This document shows positions 9,112-13,940 of a DNA stretch of 13,940 nucleotides, piece by piece. The position numbers and the translations under genes were made by a program. The stretch comes from a virus (Duplodnaviria > Heunggongvirae > Uroviricota > Caudoviricetes). The notes under the pieces are model-generated. The model made no database searches, was not told where the DNA came from, and saw only the letters and a program-made list of their open reading frames with translations. The DNA lies in IMG/VR virus record IMGVR_UViG_2778261579_000007, positions 1 through 13,940 of that record; one strand, 5' to 3'. Numbering within the stretch: the stretch's first letter is position 1; each line of letters begins with the position of its first letter.

Positions 9112-9308
9112 TGCTGAATCAGGAAACCGCAAAGGCAGCACGAACCGATTCAGGTTATATCCTTCGCGCACCGAGACGAATGCGGGTTGCTGATGCCGTT
9201 GCTCAGTATATGCGGGTGCCCATGGGGGCAGGGAACTCAGTCCCGTGGGATCCGCTGGTGGCACCGTATGTTATTGAGCCTATGAACTGCCTGGCCTCGC
9301 GTGAATAG
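9111..9308 (+). CDS. Short ORF coupled to terS copy A, 65 aa (possible terminase-large-subunit remnant)
   Basis: ATG overlaps terS stop in the normal terS-terL coupling arrangement, but the ORF is only 65 codons; weak resemblance of PWDPLVAPYVIEPMN to the lambda gpA N-terminal region. Confidence 0.3.
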   Translation: MLNQETAKAARTDSGYILRAPRRMRVADAVAQYMRVPMGAGNSVPWDPLVAPYVIEPMNCLASRE

Positions 9309-9343
9309 ACAACCATCAACATTAAGTCCGGAGAGCAGACAGC

Positions 9344-9766
9344 ATGACAGCACAGATAGCAGCTTACGGGCGGCTGGCAAATGACCCGCAGTTAAAGACC
9401 ACCAGCAAGGGTACACAAATGGCAATGGCGAGTATGGCGGTCCCGCTGCCATGCAGCCAGGCAGATGACGGAACGGCGACGATGTGGTTATCCGTCTTGG
9501 CATTTGGCAGGCAGGCCGAAGCGCTGGCAAAGCACCGCAAGGGGGAACTCCTGAGCGTGGCTGGTAACATGCAGGTGAACCAGTGGACAGGCCAGAACGG
9601 CGAAATACGGCAGGGCTGGCAGGTTATCGCAGACAGTGTAATCAGTGCCAGAACGGCGCGACCAGGTGGTAAAAAAGGCCAACTGGGGCAGGCCACTGAC
9701 GCACTGAACAGGGCAAAACAACAGGCGGGAAATGATGATCCGTACGGGGATGAAATACCGTTTTAA
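9344..9766 (+). CDS. Single-stranded DNA-binding protein (SSB)-like, 140 aa, with C-terminal DEIPF tail
   Basis: OB-fold pattern alignable by eye to E. coli SSB (IAAYGRLANDPQLK.. vs ILVGNLGQDPEVRY..; WLSVLAFGRQAEALAKHRKGELLSVAGNMQVNQWTGQNG vs [40 protein letters not shown]) and acidic tail ending IPF. GGAGAG RBS. Confidence 0.7.
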   Translation: MTAQIAAYGRLANDPQLKTTSKGTQMAMASMAVPLPCSQADDGTATMWLSVLAFGRQAEALAKHRKGELLSVAGNMQVNQWTGQNGEIRQGWQVIADSVISARTARPGGKKGQLGQATDALNRAKQQAGNDDPYGDEIPF

Positions 9767-9781
9767 GCAACGAGTAACAGA

Positions 9782-9805
9782 AGCCGGAGCAATCCGGCTT
9801 TTTTA
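9782..9805 (+). terminator. Rho-independent terminator immediately 5' of cos copy 2
   Basis: AGCCGGA-GCAA-TCCGGCT followed by TTTTT. Confidence 0.6.
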
Positions 9806-9880
9806 TGGGTCCTCCCGGTGTAGTGACCTGCCACGGGGCGGGAGCGTCGCGGAAAAAGGCTGGTTTTTGCATTTTCATGG
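9806..9880. repeat. cos-like site copy 2 (cosQ-cosN, putative cosN 9836-9847 GGGCGGGAGCGT), orphan: no cosB/terS follows
   Basis: Near-identical to copies 1 and 3 over about 70 bp, then diverges into AT-rich sequence unrelated to the cosB/terS leader of the other copies. Confidence 0.6.
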
Positions 9881-10064
9881 CGGCGGCAGCATGTGTGATA
9901 ATTTATTGATAATTAAAAATTATTTCTGTTTTCACCTGTACAATATTTTTTTCTCCCTGTCATTAGACCAGTTTGCAATTAATTGAAATATATAAATAAA
10001 TTGGTTTTTCACCTGCCAGATGGAGTTGCCTGTGCAAAACGTGTTCAGATGGCGGGATATTTAT

Positions 10065-10087
10065 GCCGGATTCTCTCCGGCTTTTTT
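10065..10087 (+). terminator. Rho-independent terminator
   Basis: GCCGGA-TTCTC-TCCGGC followed by TTTTTT; same stem sequence as the 9782 terminator. Confidence 0.5.
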
Positions 10088-10189
10088 GTGTCTGAATCTG
10101 ATTAATCTATTTTTATGATAGAAATATGTTTATCTACCACTTTTATCGATCAATAATGCGCGCAGTTTAGTCAGTAAGAGGAAGTTACT

Positions 10190-10399
10190 GTGAATTGTAT
10201 TAACGACCTGAACACAGGCGAGGTAAAAGGTGGTTCCGTTCATCTGGATGCGCAGACCGTTATGCGCCTTAAGCAGTACAGGATCGACCACATAAATCAT
10301 CATCCTGACCAACCATTACCAGGTGCGGCGCAGATTGTCAGACACGCAGTTAACGCGTGGCTTGATAAGAATGGTTTTGCATCTGGGGGTGAGCAATGA
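10190..10399 (+). CDS. Hypothetical small protein, 69 aa, coupled to protease/capsid gene
   Basis: GTG 10190 with strong AAGAGGAAG RBS; in-frame stop 5 codons upstream so it is not a fragment of a longer frame; stop overlaps downstream ATG (ATGA). Confidence 0.45.
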   Translation: MNCINDLNTGEVKGGSVHLDAQTVMRLKQYRIDHINHHPDQPLPGAAQIVRHAVNAWLDKNGFASGGEQ

Positions 10400-12309
10400 A
10401 TCACTGGTACACCATTAAGGCGCTGGGTGTTCGCGGAGCGGCAGAAATATCCATCTATGAAGAAATTGGCGGCTTCGGTATTACCGCGAAGAAGTTTGCG
10501 GAAGACCTGAAAGCCCTGGGCGATGTCTCACATATCGACCTGCGGATCCATTCGCCAGGTGGTGACGTGTTTGAAGGCATCGCCATCTATAACCTGTTAC
10601 GGAATCATCCGGCAGAAATTACGGTTTATATCGATGGTGTTGCGGCTTCAATGGCTTCGGTTGTCGCAATGGCTGGCGATCGTGTTGTGATGCCGGAAAA
10701 CGCCATGATGATGATACATAAGCCGTGGGGTATCTCTGGCGGAAATGCTGGTGATATGCGTGATTATGCTGATTTGCTGGATAAGGTGGAAACCGTGTTA
10801 GTCCCTGCTTATGCCAGAAAAACGGGCAAATCAGCACAGGAAATTACCGCCATGCTGGAAGATGAAACCTGGATGGACGGGAAAGAATGCCTTAAGCACG
10901 GTTTTGCTGATGAATTGTTGCCATCTGTCACAGCAATGGCGCGAATTGAATCGAAACGCACAGGAGATTTTTCACACATGCCGGAAACCATTAAAGGAAT
11001 GATTATCCCGCCACAGGGAGCAGCCAATATTGCTGGTAATGAACAGAAGCGCATCAACGGAATAAGTGAAGTGTTTAGCCTGTTCGGCAGTCGTTACGAC
11101 GGGATCAAAATGGCGTGCCTGGAGGATGCATCATGTACACCGGAGATGGCCCGTGAAAAGTTGTTGAACGAGCTGGGGCGCGAGTCCACGCCATCCAATA
11201 AAAATATCCCGACTCATATTTATGCCGGTAACGGGAACATAACAGGCGATGCAATTCGTCAGGGGCTTTATTCTCGTCTCGGGTATGAACGCCCAGAGCG
11301 GGGAAATCCTTATGCGATGATGAGCCTTTTTGAAATGGCCCAGGCATCACTAACTGATCGTGGTATCAGTGTTGGCAGTTTTTTAAATCGCTCGCAGGTC
11401 GTTAATGCAGCTTTCACACACAGCAGCAGCGATTTTTCTCATATTCTGGCTGGTGGTGCTGAAAAGTCAGTGCTGAAAGGCTGGCAGGACAGCGGCGAAA
11501 CGTTCCAGAAATGGACGCGTACCGGATCGCTTTCAAACTTTCATGAAGCAAAGCGCGTTGGTCTGAATGGTTTTTCAAAGCTGGATAAAGTACCGGAAGG
11601 TGCGGAATATAAATACATCACCACCAGCGATAAAGGTGTACCTATTGCGCTGGCCACATACGGTAATATTTTTTCTGTTACCCGTCAGGCCATTATCAAC
11701 GATGACCTGACCCAGTTAACTACAATCCCCATGGCGATGGGGCGTGCGGCCGCCAGAACAGTAGGTAATCTGGTTTATCTTCTGTTAACCAGCAACGGCA
11801 AATTTACGGATGGTAAAGCGTTATTCCATGCCGATCATAAAAATCTTATTGCGAAGGATATGGACATGGAGGGGCTTAACGAAGCCCGTAAGCTGATGCG
11901 ATTACAGGAGGATGCCAACGGCGACTCCCTGAATATTACCCCCGCTTTTGTTCTGGTCCCTGCTGCGCTGGAGTCTGCCGCACATCGCGCCATTCTGTCA
12001 TCGTCATCACTCTTTCCGATTGATGGTGGAGGCACTATCAATCAGAACCCCGGCATCATTAACGCGGTGAAAGATATGGCAGAGGTTATCGTCGAGCCGC
12101 GTCTTGATAAAGCCAATAACAAGGAGTGGTATGTGGCAGCGGCGAAGGGGATGGACACGATAGAGGTCGCTTATCTTGATGGTATTGATACGCCATATCT
12201 TGAGGAGCAGGAGGGATTTACTGTTGATGGCGTCGCCTGGAAGGTGCGCATAGATGCAGGTGTCGCGGCCCTCGACTATCGCGGATTACTGAAATCGAGT
12301 GGAGCATGA
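10396..12309 (+). CDS. Prohead protease (ClpP/S14-like) fused to HK97-fold major capsid protein, 637 aa
   Basis: N-terminal ClpP-like motifs (HSPGGDV, GVAASMASVVAMAGD with candidate catalytic Ser, MMIHKPW with candidate His); C-terminal about 350 aa resemble capsid proteins of Gifsy-type lambdoid phages as I recall them. Confidence 0.75.
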   Translation: MNHWYTIKALGVRGAAEISIYEEIGGFGITAKKFAEDLKALGDVSHIDLRIHSPGGDVFEGIAIYNLLRNHPAEITVYIDGVAASMASVVAMAGDRVVMPENAMMMIHKPWGISGGNAGDMRDYADLLDKVETVLVPAYARKTGKSAQEITAMLEDETWMDGKECLKHGFADELLPSVTAMARIESKRTGDFSHMPETIKGMIIPPQGAANIAGNEQKRINGISEVFSLFGSRYDGIKMACLEDASCTPEMAREKLLNELGRESTPSNKNIPTHIYAGNGNITGDAIRQGLYSRLGYERPERGNPYAMMSLFEMAQASLTDRGISVGSFLNRSQVVNAAFTHSSSDFSHILAGGAEKSVLKGWQDSGETFQKWTRTGSLSNFHEAKRVGLNGFSKLDKVPEGAEYKYITTSDKGVPIALATYGNIFSVTRQAIINDDLTQLTTIPMAMGRAAARTVGNLVYLLLTSNGKFTDGKALFHADHKNLIAKDMDMEGLNEARKLMRLQEDANGDSLNITPAFVLVPAALESAAHRAILSSSSLFPIDGGGTINQNPGIINAVKDMAEVIVEPRLDKANNKEWYVAAAKGMDTIEVAYLDGIDTPYLEEQEGFTVDGVAWKVRIDAGVAALDYRGLLKSSGA

Positions 12310-12315
12310 CAACAA

Positions 12316-12339
12316 GGGCGGCGATAGCCGCCTTTTTTT
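12316..12339 (+). terminator. Rho-independent terminator immediately 5' of cos copy 3
   Basis: GGGCGGC-GATA-GCCGCC followed by TTTTTTT. Confidence 0.6.
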
Positions 12340-12340
12340 A

Positions 12341-12427
12341 CGGGTCCTCCCGGTGTAGTGACCTGCCACGGGGCGGGAGCGGCGCGGAAAAAGGCTAGTT
12401 TTTGCATTTTTATTCGTCATCATCATC
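12341..12427. repeat. cos-like site copy 3 (cosQ-cosN-cosB, putative cosN 12371-12382 GGGCGGGAGCGG)
   Basis: Same element as copies 1 and 2; Nu1-like ATG 196 nt downstream of putative cosN; leader 12534-12566 nearly identical to 8584-8616. Confidence 0.6.
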
Positions 12428-12566
12428 TTTCTATTATATTGAATTTTAAGTGTTTTTATTTTTGGTATGTTAATTTTGCTTATTTTGTGTTCAACATGCA
12501 GCGCGTTTTTTGACCTTTTTTAAAAGATATTTGCAAGATGCATTTTTAAAACATTCTGGAGCGGGT

Positions 12567-13052
12567 ATGGATCGGGAACTGAAAAATCTGATGCTGAACA
12601 TTAACCAGCTGGCGGCGATAGCGGGAATATGTCGCCAGACTGCGGCGGCAAGGCTGAAAAATATCCAGCCAGCCGGAGGACATGACAAGCTGAAACTCTA
12701 TCGGGTGACTGACATTCTGACCTGTTTTCTTGATCTTCCCGTTCCGGCATCACTGGAAGAAATGGAGCCACACGACCGTAAGGCCTGGTATCAGTCCGAA
12801 CGTGAGCGCCTCAAGTTCGAACAGGAAACGGCGCAACTCATACCCGCCGATGATGTGCGAAAAGAGATGGCTATATGGGGAGAAATCGTAAGCGAGGAAC
12901 TGGAAAAACTCCCCAGTATTCTGGCACGTGATGTTGGGCTTAAACCGATGGCAGTAAACAGAGTGCAGTCAATTATTGACGATTTGTGTAATCAGATTAT
13001 CAGCCGGATGGTAAAAAATGACGTAGTGAATGAGGTCGCAAAACAGGCATGA
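12567..13052 (+). CDS. Terminase small subunit, Nu1-like (copy C), 161 aa
   Basis: Start MDRELKNL is homologous to the copy A start and has the same GGAGCGGGT-ATG RBS context; the ORF track extends to ATG 12510, but that region is not coding in copy A. About 65-70% aa identity to copy A by eye. Confidence 0.7.
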   Translation: MDRELKNLMLNINQLAAIAGICRQTAAARLKNIQPAGGHDKLKLYRVTDILTCFLDLPVPASLEEMEPHDRKAWYQSERERLKFEQETAQLIPADDVRKEMAIWGEIVSEELEKLPSILARDVGLKPMAVNRVQSIIDDLCNQIISRMVKNDVVNEVAKQA

Positions 13053-13336
13053 TAATGACCGAATCTGAAATACTGCGATTAATCCGCTGTGCTGGTGGAA
13101 TTAGCCAGTTGGCTGACGAACAGGCCGCGCAGCCGGATACAGTCACCGCTGAAAATTACGCGCGTGTGGTGGCTGAGGTGATGCGCCGTGACGGTATTGA
13201 GCTTAACGGCGTGGATATGCGCAACATACGAACCAGAGTCCTTGAGTTGCTGGCATACCGTCGCCGTTCTCAACAACGGAGGGAGAGCGCGAAAAATACT
13301 TATCAGTGGAAGAAGCCGGAATGGTTGCGGCGGTAA
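13049..13336 (+). CDS. Probable truncated terminase large subunit (N-terminal 95 codons only)
   Basis: ATGA overlap with terS stop; N-terminus TESEILRLIRCAGGISQL resembles lambda gpA N-terminus (SQVNRLRHFVRAGLRSL) from memory; the ORF stops after 95 codons and downstream frames are full of stops. Confidence 0.4.
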   Translation: MIMTESEILRLIRCAGGISQLADEQAAQPDTVTAENYARVVAEVMRRDGIELNGVDMRNIRTRVLELLAYRRRSQQRRESAKNTYQWKKPEWLRR

Positions 13337-13710
13337 TTTGTTGATATTCCTGATAGCGCAAAAGTGCGTTGGCTGGTGGGTGAGTTGCAGATCTGCAACT
13401 CGACCATGAAATTACGGAAACTACCCGTAGTTTGGGTAGTAAGAGTAACACCCAGATTTTGGGGCTTACTTGCGATACCCAAATAAAGGGTATCGGTGGA
13501 AGAAATATCGTTTCTCATATGTGAGTTCCGAGAGCGGAATTCCGCCTCTGATTTGTCATTGTGATCATGCATAGCGGCAATAATTAATATTGCTTCCTTT
13601 TTTGCTTTTTTATCGCTTAAGCAGGTACTAAATCTGGGACTATGTTGTAGGGGGCATAACTCAATAGTACCTTATAATCATTTAGTTACCTTTTATTTAC
13701 TTCTTCCTGG

Positions 13711-13940
13711 ATGGAGGGTCCGGCAGCTGCTTATCAGACACTCTCGCAACTCGTTTACAAACTGCTTACTGCAGAACAGGAATACGAGACAACCGGAAGT
13801 GAAGAGACACTCAAGACGGTTATCAATACCGACTGGGGATTACCTTATCTTCCCCGCGCCAGCATGGAGCAACGAAAAAGTGAATTGCTTGAGCAGCGGG
13901 CAGAGCCAGTTCCTTCCCGCAGTGTGCCGGATGGCGTTAA
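13711..13940 (+). CDS. Hypothetical protein, 5' part only (ORF runs off window end)
   Basis: ATG 13711 opens a frame with no stop to the end of the window (76 codons); TATAAT at 13673-13678 upstream; no clear RBS. Function unknown. Confidence 0.3.
   Translation, partial: MEGPAAAYQTLSQLVYKLLTAEQEYETTGSEETLKTVINTDWGLPYLPRASMEQRKSELLEQRAEPVPSRSVPDGV

Noticed and set aside
9237-9878. Minus-strand ORFs across the SSB gene (9237-9530, 9364-9696, 9488-9721, 9642-9878)
   Set aside because: GC-rich antisense frames of the SSB gene; Pro/Cys-rich nonsense translations.
10619-11350. Short ORFs inside the protease/capsid gene on both strands
   Set aside because: Embedded in a long, well-supported plus-strand ORF; no independent signals.
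8401-12427. Three repeats considered as a CRISPR array
   Set aside because: Units are about 70-85 bp, spaced 1.4 and 2.5 kb apart, with genes between them and clear similarity to cos; not CRISPR-like.
12510-12566. Upstream ATG extension of terS copy C
   Set aside because: The equivalent region in copy A is closed by a stop; the conserved GGAG-ATG context supports 12567 as the start.
13203-13572. Minus-strand ORFs 13203-13451 and 13303-13572
   Set aside because: Span the palindrome-rich junction with no RBS; likely spurious.

Overview
This window reads as the late (Q-lysis-packaging) region of a lambdoid, phage-21/Qin-like prophage from an enterobacterium. Gene order matches, from memory, the E. 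coli K-12 Qin cryptic prophage read in reverse: hokD 3' end, rem, ydfU, quuQ, cspF/cspB, essQ, ydfR, rrrQ, rzpQ/rzoQ, cspI, gnsB. All names are assigned by eye from the translations; no database search was run. The unusual part is 8.4-13.4 kb: three direct copies of a lambda-like cos site (cosQ-cosN) lie within about 4 kb and split the packaging region into three cassettes. Cassette 1 is cos + Nu1-like terS + a short coupled ORF + an SSB-like gene. Cassette 2 is an orphan cos + AT-rich non-coding DNA + a small ORF + a ClpP-protease/major-capsid fusion. Cassette 3 is cos + a second, divergent Nu1-like terS + a truncated terL-like ORF. No full-length terminase large subunit or portal gene is present between these units. 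I saw no tRNA, rRNA, CRISPR array, IS element or integrase. Several small zinc-ribbon and Gns-like ORFs and structured non-coding stretches are flagged as lower-confidence observations.
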